In this document: positions 19,921 through 31,837 of the stretch, in pieces | Layout of the letters: each line of letters opens with the position of its first letter | Numbering within the stretch: the first letter of the stretch is position 1 | NCBI GenBank assembly: GCA_016875135.1 | Contig: VGSE01000003.1 | Coordinates: 1-40,862 of the forward strand | Length of the DNA: 40,862 nucleotides | DNA from: Deltaproteobacteria bacterium | GTDB lineage: Bacteria; Bdellovibrionota; FAC87; UBA2466 | Reading direction: 5' to 3' | Translations under genes and position numbers: made by a program | Notes under the pieces: generated by a model | What the model was told of the DNA's origin: nothing | The model's database searches: none | The model's input: the letters and a program-made list of their open reading frames with translations, nothing else

Positions 19921-20556
19921 CTATTTTGTTCCACGTGGAACGAAGTCAAAACTTTCGACTCTTCGGCCACCGCTCTCCATGGGAAGCTCATAGCAGAGCT
20001 CTCCGGTTTTTAAAAATTCCATCGGGGGATTTAAGGGTTCGCGACTTCCTCCCACATTAACTATGAGGGTACTTCCTTCTGTCATTCTTTTAGACATAAA
20101 CTTAAAAAGCTCGGGTGGCGGAAGAACCGCTCTTGCCAAAAACAATCCCTTTCGTTTTTCAGCAAGCATATCCCCCAAGAGAGTAAGGTTATCTATATTT
20201 AGGCTAGTAAGAACAGCCGAAAGAAATGTCTGCTTCTTAAGGCTGCGTTCAAATAATGTCACTTTAGCCTTTGGATATCGAATCGCGTAGACCACACCAG
20301 GAAAGCCGGCGCCAGTCCCAAGATCATAGACCTCTCTCTCTTTTCTTTTAGATTCTGCAAAGTCAGAGATAAAAATGCTGTCCATGTAGTGTGTAGCAAA
20401 CGATTTTTCGATACTCTTTTTCGAAACCAGCGCCATCCTCTCGTTCCAGTTTTTTAGCAGTGAAAAATGGCTCTCATAAAGTTCAAGTTCTCGGGGATCT
20501 AACTTTGAGAGGTTAGAGATACTCGGCGAGTGGGATAAAAACTTTTCCTTTAACAT
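19921..20556 (-). CDS. rsmG: 16S rRNA m7G527 methyltransferase (GidB)
   Basis: WN...LVS, HYMDS, DLGTGAGFPG and ARAV; follows mnmG. Confidence 0.92.
   Translation of the reverse strand: MLKEKFLSHSPSISNLSKLDPRELELYESHFSLLKNWNERMALVSKKSIEKSFATHYMDSIFISDFAESKRKEREVYDLGTGAGFPGVVYAIRYPKAKVTLFERSLKKQTFLSAVLTSLNIDNLTLLGDMLAEKRKGLFLARAVLPPPELFKFMSKRMTEGSTLIVNVGGSREPLNPPMEFLKTGELCYELPMESGGRRVESFDFVPRGTK
19927..19942. other. parS site 2 (in the rsmG 3' end)
   Basis: TGTTCCACGTGGAACG. Confidence 0.92.
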
Positions 20557-22454
20557 GTTATTTCTGTGGCCGCGCTTTTTTGTCGAATGTGAAAGAGCAA
20601 TGCAGACATAGCTGCCGGAGTTACTCCCGAGATCTTTGCAGCATCCGCTAACGTTGTCGGTTTAAATTTCTCTAGTTTCTCTTTGATCTCAATTGAAAGG
20701 CCAGAAACGCTCCCGTACTTTAATTCAGAAGGAATCATCATCCCCTGTAGCTTTCTGAGGCGCTCAATTTCTTGCTGTTGCATGGCCACATAGCCTTCGT
20801 ATTTAACTTCAACCTCTATCGTTTCAGCCGTTGCTTGATTAAGACTGACTGGGGGTTGGATCTCAGAGATCTCTAACACTTCAGACAATGAAAGTTCAGG
20901 TCTTTTCACTAATGCATCTAATGACTGAGCCTGACTAATTGGGTTTAAGCCCTTGCTCTTAAAAAGTTCAGAAACCAAAGAAGTCGGTTTTACGAACGTT
21001 TTCTTTAAAAATACTTTAGTCTGTTCAATAGACGACATTCGTTCTTTTAAAATAACCTTCTGATCCTCACTTAACAATCCCAAGTCCCCAGCATAGCTAC
21101 TCAATCTTAAATCGGCATTGTCCTCTCTTAACGACAACCGATATTCCGCTCTAGAAGTAAACATTCTGTAGGGTTCATTAACCCCTAAAGTAGTAAGATC
21201 GTCTATCATCACTCCCAAGTAAGCTTCTGTTCGAGACAGTATGAAGGGCTTTCGAGTTTGGCTTCTTAACGCAGCATTAATTCCAGCAAGCATTCCCTGT
21301 GCGGCGGCCTCTTCGTATCCAGAGGTACCATTAACTTGTCCCGCCAAGAACAAACCGGTTATGCTTTTGGATTCGAGAGATGCTTTTAATTGACGAGGAT
21401 CAATACAGTCATATTCAACGGCATAGCCATACCTTGCGATCTTTACCTCCGCACATCCTGGAATCGCTTTAATAAAAAGCTCTTGAACATCGGCGGGTAA
21501 ACTGGTCGAGATTCCGTTTGGATAAATCCAATTAGAATCTAGCGCTTCGGGCTCAAAAAATAGCTGGTGTCTTGGTTTGTCGGGAAACTTTACCACTTTG
21601 TCTTCTATCGACGGACAATATCTAGGACCAATTCCTTTGATCTCGCCACTGTAGAGCGGGGATCGATGAAGATTGTTCCTAATCACATTATGTGTGTTCT
21701 CAGAAGTAAAGCTTAAGAAACAGGGAACTTGGGGAAGGGCAATAGCACTTTCCCAAAAACTAAATTTACTGGGAGGATCGTCACCTCTTTGCTCCTCCAT
21801 CTTCGAAAAATCGATACTCTCAGCAATTAACCGAGCGGGCGTTCCAGTTTTAAGTCTGAGCAAAGTAAAACCAAGCTCTTTCAAAGAGTCTGAAAGCCCT
21901 AGGGAGGGGGCTTCACCAAATCGGCCCCCCTCTGATCTATCAAACCCTGTGTGCATTATAGCTCTCATAAAGGTGCCGGCAGTAATCACCACGGCTTTAG
22001 CCCGAACCTCCTCTTTCACACCCAAGGCATCTTGAACTACAATTCCCAGAATCGCAGAGCCCTCGACGAGCAAACCCTTTACTTCACCATGAAACACTTC
22101 TAGGTTTTTGGTGGTCTTAATGATCTTTTGCATTCTTAGAGCGTATTGCTTTTTGTCAGCCTGACACCGAGAAGATTGGACCGCGCTTCCCTTTCGGGTA
22201 TTAAGGCGTTTGAATTGAATGCCTGTGAAGTCGGCATTTTTTCCCATCTCTCCGCCGAGCGCATCAATCTCTTTTACCAATTGACCTTTGCCCACCCCCC
22301 CAACAGAGGGATTACAGGACATCTCGGCAATTTTGTCAGGGTTCATACTCACAAGAAGGGTAGAACTCCCCATACGAGCGGCCGATAGGGCGGCTTCGCA
22401 ACCAGCATGGCCTCCACCGATGACAATGACATCAAAATGTTTCACGTGGAACAT
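20550..22454 (-). CDS. mnmG: tRNA U34 modification FAD enzyme (GidA)
   Basis: GGGHAGCEAA, MSCNP, RLKTGTP, GPRYCPSIEDK and GQVNGTSGYEEAA. ATG 22454, 2 bp after the mnmE stop, is preferred over TTG 22472. Confidence 0.97.
   Translation of the reverse strand: MFHVKHFDVIVIGGGHAGCEAALSAARMGSSTLLVSMNPDKIAEMSCNPSVGGVGKGQLVKEIDALGGEMGKNADFTGIQFKRLNTRKGSAVQSSRCQADKKQYALRMQKIIKTTKNLEVFHGEVKGLLVEGSAILGIVVQDALGVKEEVRAKAVVITAGTFMRAIMHTGFDRSEGGRFGEAPSLGLSDSLKELGFTLLRLKTGTPARLIAESIDFSKMEEQRGDDPPSKFSFWESAIALPQVPCFLSFTSENTHNVIRNNLHRSPLYSGEIKGIGPRYCPSIEDKVVKFPDKPRHQLFFEPEALDSNWIYPNGISTSLPADVQELFIKAIPGCAEVKIARYGYAVEYDCIDPRQLKASLESKSITGLFLAGQVNGTSGYEEAAAQGMLAGINAALRSQTRKPFILSRTEAYLGVMIDDLTTLGVNEPYRMFTSRAEYRLSLREDNADLRLSSYAGDLGLLSEDQKVILKERMSSIEQTKVFLKKTFVKPTSLVSELFKSKGLNPISQAQSLDALVKRPELSLSEVLEISEIQPPVSLNQATAETIEVEVKYEGYVAMQQQEIERLRKLQGMMIPSELKYGSVSGLSIEIKEKLEKFKPTTLADAAKISGVTPAAMSALLFHIRQKSAATEITC
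22438..22453. other. parS site 3 (in the first codons of mnmG)
   Basis: TGTTTCACGTGGAACA. Confidence 0.92.
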
Positions 22455-22456
22455 TT

Positions 22457-23821
22457 TTACTTTCCGATACAAAAATCACTAAAAATTCTGCCTAAAACCT
22501 CATCAACTTCGACTTTCCCTACCACATTTTCCAGCTTAACCATAACTTTTCGGTTGGTTTCCGCAAGAATCTCTGGAGGGATTCCCATAGACACTTGAGA
22601 TTTCAGTACTTTTAGGGTTTCTGTTACCCCTTCTAGCCTAGCTGATTGAATAGCGGTTGGAGTGGGTCCCATGTGAGAAAGTCGTAAAGCTTCCACCTGA
22701 TTTTCCAGCGCTAGCCAAAAGGGTTCAATCCCCTTATCGCCTAAAACCGAACCCTGAACCGTAATTGAACTAAGTTCTTTAGGCTCTTGGCTCCAATCTG
22801 AACGGTCTTTTTTGTTCCAAAAGATAAGATGGGGGCTCGACTCAAACTTCTTCAGAAGAAGCCTTTCATCTTCTGTGATGCCTTGCGTCCCATCGACAAC
22901 CAAAATCCAAATCGAAGCGCTGGACAAAAACGCAGCACCCAACTCGATACCCTGTTTCTCAATTTCATTTGGAGTTGAACGAATTCCAGCGGTATCGGCT
23001 ATCATCCATGGTGACCCCAAAATTTCTATCTGTTCTTCGATGACGTCTCTAGTAGTTCCAGCTTCAGCAGAAACAATGGCACGGTAACGTCCCAACATGG
23101 AATTAAAAAGTGAAGACTTTCCAGCGTTGGGCCGCCCTACCAAAGCAATTTTTGGGAGCGCTTTCGAGCTTTTAAATCGTGAATACCTTTGAGTAACCTC
23201 TGAACACTCATGAATAAGCTTGTCAATTTGTTGTTCTGCTTGCTCAGAAACCGCCGAGTACTCTTCGGCAAAATCGACGGCCGTATCTAGAACCGCTTGA
23301 AGCTTGATCATCTGCGCTCTTAGATCGTTTACCTTTCTCTCAAGCCCGCCATCCCGCCTAGAGTAAACAGCCTCTAAATCCACAGAGTGAACGGCTTTAA
23401 ATAAGTCGGCTAGATTTTCAAGATCGGCCGGGGTTTGCTTTCCATTAAGTAAACTCCGATAAGAAAACTCTCCTCTTTCGGCAGGCCGCGCCCCCAAAAA
23501 TAAGAGTTCTTTTTCAAGAGCCCTAATGATTGCTACCGATCCATGGCAATGAAATTCAATGGTGTCATCGCCTGAGTGGGAGTTCGGTCCCACAAAAGAA
23601 AGCGCCACAATGTCATCTATTTTTTTTCCGTCAACGCAGTGAAGATCTCCAAACCAAATGTTTCGAGTTTTAGAGAATGGTTCCCTGCTCGGAACAAAAA
23701 GTTTATCAGCAATTGAAAAAGCCTCAGGTCCGGATAGTTTTAGCACAGCAACTGCGGTAGGTAATGTCCCCGTGGTTAACGCAAATATTGTGTCCTCTAA
23801 ACTTAAGTTCTTTCGCAACAT
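22457..23821 (-). CDS. mnmE: tRNA modification GTPase (TrmE)
   Basis: GRPNAGKS, GTTRD, DTAG, NKKD and C-terminal FCIGK. Confidence 0.96.
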   Translation of the reverse strand: MLRKNLSLEDTIFALTTGTLPTAVAVLKLSGPEAFSIADKLFVPSREPFSKTRNIWFGDLHCVDGKKIDDIVALSFVGPNSHSGDDTIEFHCHGSVAIIRALEKELLFLGARPAERGEFSYRSLLNGKQTPADLENLADLFKAVHSVDLEAVYSRRDGGLERKVNDLRAQMIKLQAVLDTAVDFAEEYSAVSEQAEQQIDKLIHECSEVTQRYSRFKSSKALPKIALVGRPNAGKSSLFNSMLGRYRAIVSAEAGTTRDVIEEQIEILGSPWMIADTAGIRSTPNEIEKQGIELGAAFLSSASIWILVVDGTQGITEDERLLLKKFESSPHLIFWNKKDRSDWSQEPKELSSITVQGSVLGDKGIEPFWLALENQVEALRLSHMGPTPTAIQSARLEGVTETLKVLKSQVSMGIPPEILAETNRKVMVKLENVVGKVEVDEVLGRIFSDFCIGK

Positions 23822-23823
23822 AA

Positions 23824-25443
23824 TTACGACGGTTGCGGAACGACTCCCTGCTTATCTTTCATGGAAACTTGCTGAATAACTCCTAAGATCGTGCTTACGA
23901 AAATATAAAGCGTTAATCCGGAAGGTAAGTTAATCATCATGAAGGTAAAAATAACCGGCATAAAATACATCATCTTCTGCTGAGTAGGATCCATACCAGC
24001 GCTCGGAGTCATTTTCTGTTGCAAGAACATCGCAATCCCCATGAGAACGGGATAGATGTAAAATGGATCTTTTGTCGACAGATCGTGTATCCAACCAAAA
24101 AATGGAGCATGAAATAACTCAATCGAGTTTCCTAAAACCGCGTACAAAGCGATGAAGACCGGCAATTGAATCAACATTGGAAAACAGCCTCCAGCCGGAT
24201 TTACTTTGTGCGTTTTGAATAGGGCCATTTGCTCTTCATTAAGCTTTTTTTGATCGTCTTTATATTTTTCTTTAAGTTCCGCAATTTTGGGCTGAAGTTT
24301 TTGCATTGCTTTCATCGACTTCATACTCTTTTGGGTCAAGGGATAAAATAAAACCCTTACCAAAATCGTCAAAAGAATAATTGCCACACCATAGTTATGA
24401 ATAAATTTATAGAAAAATCTCAGTAACTCTAAAAGCGGATAGGCAAAAACTGTAAACGTGCCGTAATCGATGAGTTGTTTTAACCCGGGACTTTTACTAA
24501 GCTCTTTGTAATCCTTCGGCCCCAAATAAAATTTAAACGAAAACTGAATCTCTTTTTGGCCTTCTTTTAAAACAATCGGATATCGAAGATAGGCTCCATT
24601 AAAACTTTCGGTTTTTTTGATAACAACATCCGGATTGATCTGTTGTGTTTGATTAATCACAACACTTGAGAAATATCTGTTTCCGAAAGCCAGCCATTCT
24701 GTATGTCCCTGATGCGCCACATCATTTTCGCTCCGTATCTTGTCTAGTGTTATCCTCTTAATTTCATCATTTTGATAATAAACCGCTTCCCATGACTTTA
24801 AAGGCTCCTGTGCATCAAAAGTCTCTGCGTCATGGGTCCCTACAGGTATGAGTAAATTGCCCCATTCCTTTTTGTTGTTCTTCAAGAAAGTCAGTTTAAA
24901 ATTAACGTCTATAAAGTTGGACTCTGGAGAAAAGCGATACTCTTTTACTAAAACAGCTTCTTTCGTTTTTTTAGAAAAAGAAAATAAATTGCCCTCTTGT
25001 TTGGCCTCAAACAATCCCCTCGAAAAACCACCCAATTGATTGTCTGAAAATAACGCTGCTGTTGTTAGTGAGCTCCTCTCAGGCGATACAAGCGTTACTA
25101 AAGGAGATTTATTATCGATAGTTTCGTGGTACTTAGGCAGTTTCGCCGACATCAGCTTTCCGCCGACCGCAGAAAAAACAACGCTTAGGGAGGAAGAAGT
25201 AAACTCGCTGGAAGCCACTTGCGGAACCGGACTAAACTCAGAAACAAACCCGGACGAACTCTGCGAATTTCCAGCCAAAGAACTATTTACTTGAGCCCCT
25301 TTAGGGTTAGATTCTGAAGTTTGAGCTGCATTGGTAACCGCACTCTTTGGATTCTGTTCAACGGGAACTGGAGCAAACCATCGAAGCCAGCCAAACCAAA
25401 TCAACAACATTAAGGCGACAGCTAACCAAGTCCGCGATGCCAT
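23824..25443 (-). CDS. yidC: Membrane protein insertase
   Basis: Periplasmic domain, YLGPK, NYGVAIILLT, NPAGGCFP and PSGLTLY. Confidence 0.97.
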   Translation of the reverse strand: MASRTWLAVALMLLIWFGWLRWFAPVPVEQNPKSAVTNAAQTSESNPKGAQVNSSLAGNSQSSSGFVSEFSPVPQVASSEFTSSSLSVVFSAVGGKLMSAKLPKYHETIDNKSPLVTLVSPERSSLTTAALFSDNQLGGFSRGLFEAKQEGNLFSFSKKTKEAVLVKEYRFSPESNFIDVNFKLTFLKNNKKEWGNLLIPVGTHDAETFDAQEPLKSWEAVYYQNDEIKRITLDKIRSENDVAHQGHTEWLAFGNRYFSSVVINQTQQINPDVVIKKTESFNGAYLRYPIVLKEGQKEIQFSFKFYLGPKDYKELSKSPGLKQLIDYGTFTVFAYPLLELLRFFYKFIHNYGVAIILLTILVRVLFYPLTQKSMKSMKAMQKLQPKIAELKEKYKDDQKKLNEEQMALFKTHKVNPAGGCFPMLIQLPVFIALYAVLGNSIELFHAPFFGWIHDLSTKDPFYIYPVLMGIAMFLQQKMTPSAGMDPTQQKMMYFMPVIFTFMMINLPSGLTLYIFVSTILGVIQQVSMKDKQGVVPQPS

Positions 25444-25452
25444 AAATAACCT

Positions 25453-25683
25453 CTACCTTTCACCTATCGAATCATAACCAGATCCACCCCCAGGGCGGCA
25501 CTTAAACACTCGCTTCAATCCCAAGTAGGTTCCTTCTAGCAATCCTTTTTTCTTAATAGCCCCCGCAAAATAGTGAGAGCAGGTGGGCTCAAACCTACAA
25601 CAGCCACCAAAAGCAAAGAACTGATGAATACCTCTTGCAAAAAAAACAACCAAATCCGGCCAGCTTTTTAAGATCTTACTCAT
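25453..25683 (-). CDS. yidD: Membrane protein insertion efficiency factor
   Basis: CRFEPTCSHY and RVFKCRP...GYD; lies between rnpA and yidC. Confidence 0.92.
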   Translation of the reverse strand: MSKILKSWPDLVVFFARGIHQFFAFGGCCRFEPTCSHYFAGAIKKKGLLEGTYLGLKRVFKCRPGGGSGYDSIGER

Positions 25684-26059
25684 CTGCCTTAGCTCCTTTT
25701 AGATACCCCTCAAAAGCCTCAAATTGTTGGCTTACAACAATATAGTCTAATGATTTCCAGTGCTTGGAAAGGCCGGCACTCCCCAAAACATTCAGATCTA
25801 TTTGTAGAAAGTTTTCCGCTCTTCTTCTAAAAACCTCCCGAAGGAGCCGCTTTATTCGGTTTCTAGCAACAGCTGAGCTTAACACTTTCTTCGACAACGA
25901 TATTCCCAATCTTCCTTTGCCCTGTTTAGTAAAAACAAAGCAAAAAAGATCGGTCTTAAATCGCTTAAATTTCGAGAACTGGAAATCTTTTTTCTTTTTT
26001 AATCTAAGCTGTTTAGCCAACTTTTGGCTCTGCGTCTCTCGTTGGTCTTGGGTCTTCAA
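25676..26059 (-). CDS. rnpA: Ribonuclease P protein component
   Basis: RLGISLSKK and AVARNRIKRLLRE (RNR motif). Confidence 0.93.
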   Translation of the reverse strand: MKTQDQRETQSQKLAKQLRLKKKKDFQFSKFKRFKTDLFCFVFTKQGKGRLGISLSKKVLSSAVARNRIKRLLREVFRRRAENFLQIDLNVLGSAGLSKHWKSLDYIVVSQQFEAFEGYLKGAKADE

Positions 26060-26069
26060 AACAAAAGTC

Positions 26070-26219
26070 TTATTTTCCAGAAATAGTCGCTACAAGTTTT
26101 TTACGTCCCTTACGGCGACGCCTAGCTAGAAGAAGTCTTCCATCTTTACGGCTCATTCGCTTGAGCCAACCATGAGTTCGCTTTCTTTTTATCCGACTAG
26201 GTTGATATGTTCTTTTCAC
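26070..26219 (-). CDS. rpmH: 50S ribosomal protein L34 (49 aa, below the ORF track cutoff)
   Basis: Hand translation from GTG: [54 protein letters not shown] lies upstream. Confidence 0.97.
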   Translation of the reverse strand: MKRTYQPSRIKRKRTHGWLKRMSRKDGRLLLARRRRKGRKKLVATISGK

Positions 26220-26262
26220 TTTAAACCCCTACTTAAGTTTATACGTACGTTTAAACCGGAGC

Positions 26263-26291
26263 ATATTATGGGTTCCTGCCTCCCGTGTCAA
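26263..26291 (-). promoter_or_regulatory. sigma70 promoter for the rpmH operon
   Basis: TTGACA-17 bp-TAATAT. Confidence 0.65.
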
Positions 26292-26459
26292 TTTTCTTTA
26301 TTTCCTTACGCATATCTGTCAAAAGGCTTGTGTGTAACCGCCCCCTTTAAGCCTCTCTTTTTCAGAATTAACCTGGCTCTTTCAAGCCAAGGTAAGTCGT
26401 CATTCTTTACCCCCCTCGTTTGTCAAGAAAACTAAGTTAGCAAATATGGTTCGAGTGTG

Positions 26460-26488
26460 TTGCCAAAAGATAGGGGCTTTGCTAACTC
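26460..26488 (+). promoter_or_regulatory. Candidate sigma70 promoter for dnaA
   Basis: TTGCCA-17 bp-TAACTC with TGn extended -10. Confidence 0.45.
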
Positions 26489-26518
26489 ACTCAATTCGGT
26501 AAATGGATTTTATATACT

Positions 26519-27820
26519 ATGGCTTCAAATTCCTGGACCCAAATAAGAGCGCATTTAAAGACCTCGCTCCCATCTCATGTTTACTCTTCTCTCGTAGAAC
26601 CAAGCTCTTTTTTTGAAAGAGACGATGCTTTAGAGATTCACTTTTTGGACAGATTTTCCAAAGAAAGTTTTGAGGAGAAGTGCCTTTCTCCCTTAAAAGC
26701 AGCTCTTAACGATCTTGCTCTAAGCTCCAAACGCGTAGAGCTTTTAATTCTCAAAACTCCGACGGCTCCAACTCAAGAGTCCGCTATCAGCCTTAGCTCT
26801 TTCAGCAGATTTGATCCTAAATACACTTTTGAAACTTTTGTCATTGGGTCCTCAAATCAATTCGCTCATGCTGCTTGCCAAGCGGTCTCAAAACAACCCG
26901 GCCAATGCTATAATCCACTCTTTATATTTGGCGGTGCTGGTCTTGGAAAAACCCATCTTCTTCGAGCCATCGGTTATGAGATTTCTAAATTTCAAAGTAA
27001 TTTGAAAATACTCTTTCTAACAAGCGAGGCTTTCACCAACGAACTGATACAGGCTATCCGCATCGACCGAATGCGGGAGTTTCGAGAAAAATACCGAACG
27101 GGGTGTGATGTTTTACTTCTCGATGACATCCATTTCTTAGCTGGCAAAGAAAGAACTCAAGAGGAGTTTTTTTACACGTTTAATTATCTTCATGAGTCTA
27201 GAAAACAGATCGTTATTACTTCAGACCGGTATCCTAAGGATATTCAAGGGTTGGAAAATCGACTTCAAACCCGCTTTGAATGGGGCTTAGTTGCGGATGT
27301 TCAACCGCCCGAAGTTGAAACCAGAGTGGCTATTTTGAAAAATAAAGCAGACGAGCAAAAAATATTACTTCCTGATGAAGTTGCCCATTATATTGCCTCT
27401 CATGTCACTTCTAACATCCGTGAATTAGAGGGATCTTTACATCGTCTCCAAGCCCATGCTTCATTAAATAATTCAAAGATTTCTCTAGATCTAGCACAGC
27501 ACACCTTGAGGGATTTGGTTCCAAAATTGCGACATGAGTTAACCCCTGATGGAATTTTGAAGCTCGTGGCCCTAACTTTTGGTTTAAAAATCTCTGAACT
27601 AAAATCGGATAAACGAGCGAGAAATCTAAGTGTGCCTCGACAGATCTGTATGTACCTTCTTCGTAAGCATCTCATGATGTCTCTGCCAGAAATAGGTACT
27701 TTTATGGGAAATAGACACCACACAACTGTTCTTCATGGAGTCAATGAGATCGTGAGCAGATCTAAAAAGGACCCAGAGCTCGAAATCAGCATTTCGAAAA
27801 TTGAGGGTTTGTTTCGTTAA
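26519..27820 (+). CDS. dnaA: Chromosomal replication initiator
   Basis: YTFETFV, NPLFIFGGAGLGKTHL, LLLDDI, QEEFF, NIRELEG; domain IV GNRHHTTVLH. Confidence 0.99.
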   Translation: MASNSWTQIRAHLKTSLPSHVYSSLVEPSSFFERDDALEIHFLDRFSKESFEEKCLSPLKAALNDLALSSKRVELLILKTPTAPTQESAISLSSFSRFDPKYTFETFVIGSSNQFAHAACQAVSKQPGQCYNPLFIFGGAGLGKTHLLRAIGYEISKFQSNLKILFLTSEAFTNELIQAIRIDRMREFREKYRTGCDVLLLDDIHFLAGKERTQEEFFYTFNYLHESRKQIVITSDRYPKDIQGLENRLQTRFEWGLVADVQPPEVETRVAILKNKADEQKILLPDEVAHYIASHVTSNIRELEGSLHRLQAHASLNNSKISLDLAQHTLRDLVPKLRHELTPDGILKLVALTFGLKISELKSDKRARNLSVPRQICMYLLRKHLMMSLPEIGTFMGNRHHTTVLHGVNEIVSRSKKDPELEISISKIEGLFR

Positions 27821-28217
27821 AAGCCCTACCTTCTTTGATATCGCGCTGGGCAACTAACTTTCGAGGAGGTCTTTTTAAAAAAATACCCGTCTGTCTGGTA
27901 AAATTGATATACGTTACTATTGCCATATGTGGATAAACCGGTATGCTTAAATTCTTACAAACTGTTAATAACTATGTTGAAAACATTGTTAATTGTTTGT
28001 TAATTGTTTGTTGAAAACTTGTTGATAACTTTTTATCCACAGTTCATCCACAGGTTTTAAAAAGTTATCAACAACGCTATCCACAAGAGGATCGTAAATG
28101 TTTTTGAAGACTTAGGTGAGTTATTAACATATTAACAATGCTAATTACTACTACTATAGATCTATATATCTATATAGAAAGAATAAAGATAATATAACGA
28201 AGATTTTTGGGGGATTC
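27821..28217. other. oriC, replication origin
   Basis: dnaA-dnaN gap. Perfect DnaA boxes at 27928..27936 (reverse) and 28033..28041. Near matches at 28020, 28044, 28065, 28077 and 28121. CTACTACTA DnaA-trio tract at 28148..28156, then an AT-rich stretch. Confidence 0.92.
27963..28028 (-). repeat. Six phased DnaA-box-like repeats (11-12 bp period)
   Basis: TGTT-initiated 9-mers at 27963, 27975, 27987, 27998, 28009 and 28020. Confidence 0.75.
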
Positions 28218-29372
28218 ATGAAACTGCAGATTTCGAAAAGCCAAATGTTGTTAGGACTCCAACGTGTACAAAACGTTGTTGAGAGAAGAACAACTATGCC
28301 TATTTTGTCAAATGCGCTTTTAAAAACTGAAAAAGCTGGTCTTTCGTTGTCTGCGACTGATTTAGAGGTTGGAATTCAGTCGGTTTTACCGGCAGAAATC
28401 ATGGAAATTGGCTCGATAACGGTTAAAGCTAGAAGCCTTTTAGATATTGTTCGAGAACTTCCGGATACTGTGATCCAATTTCAAACTAAAGAGAACAATC
28501 GTTTAGAGATCAAAGCCAATAAATCTGTTTTCAATATTGTTGGTTTACCTGCGGAAGATTTTCCCGAAATTCCTAGCTTTTCCTCTGAAGAACACCAACA
28601 ATTTGTACGAATGAACGGTCAAGCTGTTATGGCTATGCTAGACAAAACTTTATACGCCGCTTCTACCGACGAAGCGCGTTACCATCTTAATGGTGTTTAC
28701 TTTGAAACTTTAGAGAACCCGCCTTCGGGAGATCAAAAGAGCAAAAAAGTTTTTAGAATGGTAGCAACAGATGCTCACCGTCTTTCCTTAGTCGATAACC
28801 CCGAGACACTATTTGATGAAAACGCATGGAAGTTGTTTCAAGAGGGAATTATTGTCCCGCGTAAAGGATTGAATGAACTTAGAAGGCTACTCTCAGAGGG
28901 TAAAGAGGACTTTTTTGTTACTATCAGAGGTAAAATGCTTTTTGTTAAGAGAGATAATATCTTTCTATCAATGCGATTAATAGAAGGAAAATACGCTGAT
29001 TATCGTCGTATCATTCCTGATCAATCGATTAATACTATTATGGTCGACCGAGAAGCCTTTCTAGCATCGCTTAAACGAATTTCTTTGATGTCATCAGATA
29101 AATCCCGTAGTCTTACTTTTTGCTTAACACCAGGGGTTTTGCAACTTTCAAGTCAAAGTCCAGAACTGGGTGATGCGAGTGAAGAAATCAATGTCGATTA
29201 TGAAGGCGAGCAATTTAAGATAGGTTTTAATTCCCGCTATTTGATCGATGCAGTCTCTACGATGGAAGGAAAAAAGATTGTTTTAGAAATTCGAGGAAAA
29301 CAAAATCCCGGGGTTATTCGATCCTCTGATGGGCCTAATCACACCAGTGTGGTGATGCCGATGAGAATCTGA
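28218..29372 (+). CDS. dnaN: DNA polymerase III beta clamp
   Basis: TMPILSN, ATDLE, VATDAHRL, GFNSRYL and VVMPMRI. Confidence 0.98.
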   Translation: MKLQISKSQMLLGLQRVQNVVERRTTMPILSNALLKTEKAGLSLSATDLEVGIQSVLPAEIMEIGSITVKARSLLDIVRELPDTVIQFQTKENNRLEIKANKSVFNIVGLPAEDFPEIPSFSSEEHQQFVRMNGQAVMAMLDKTLYAASTDEARYHLNGVYFETLENPPSGDQKSKKVFRMVATDAHRLSLVDNPETLFDENAWKLFQEGIIVPRKGLNELRRLLSEGKEDFFVTIRGKMLFVKRDNIFLSMRLIEGKYADYRRIIPDQSINTIMVDREAFLASLKRISLMSSDKSRSLTFCLTPGVLQLSSQSPELGDASEEINVDYEGEQFKIGFNSRYLIDAVSTMEGKKIVLEIRGKQNPGVIRSSDGPNHTSVVMPMRI

Positions 29373-29395
29373 TTTAGTAATAAAACCTAAAATAG

Positions 29396-31836
<2,441 letters not shown>

Positions 31837-31837
<1 letters not shown>

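Noticed and set aside
19731-19991. 86 aa ORF containing FHVEQ and VPRGT
   Set aside because: Those peptides are translated parS palindromes; the ORF overlaps rsmG and the parA upstream region.
26172-26435. 87 aa ORF in the rpmH-dnaA gap
   Set aside because: Antisense to rpmH and spans promoters; no recognisable motif.
27963-28030. Short periodic repeats as a possible CRISPR array or iterons
   Set aside because: The 11-12 bp period has no spacers, there are no cas or rep genes, and DnaA boxes explain the pattern.
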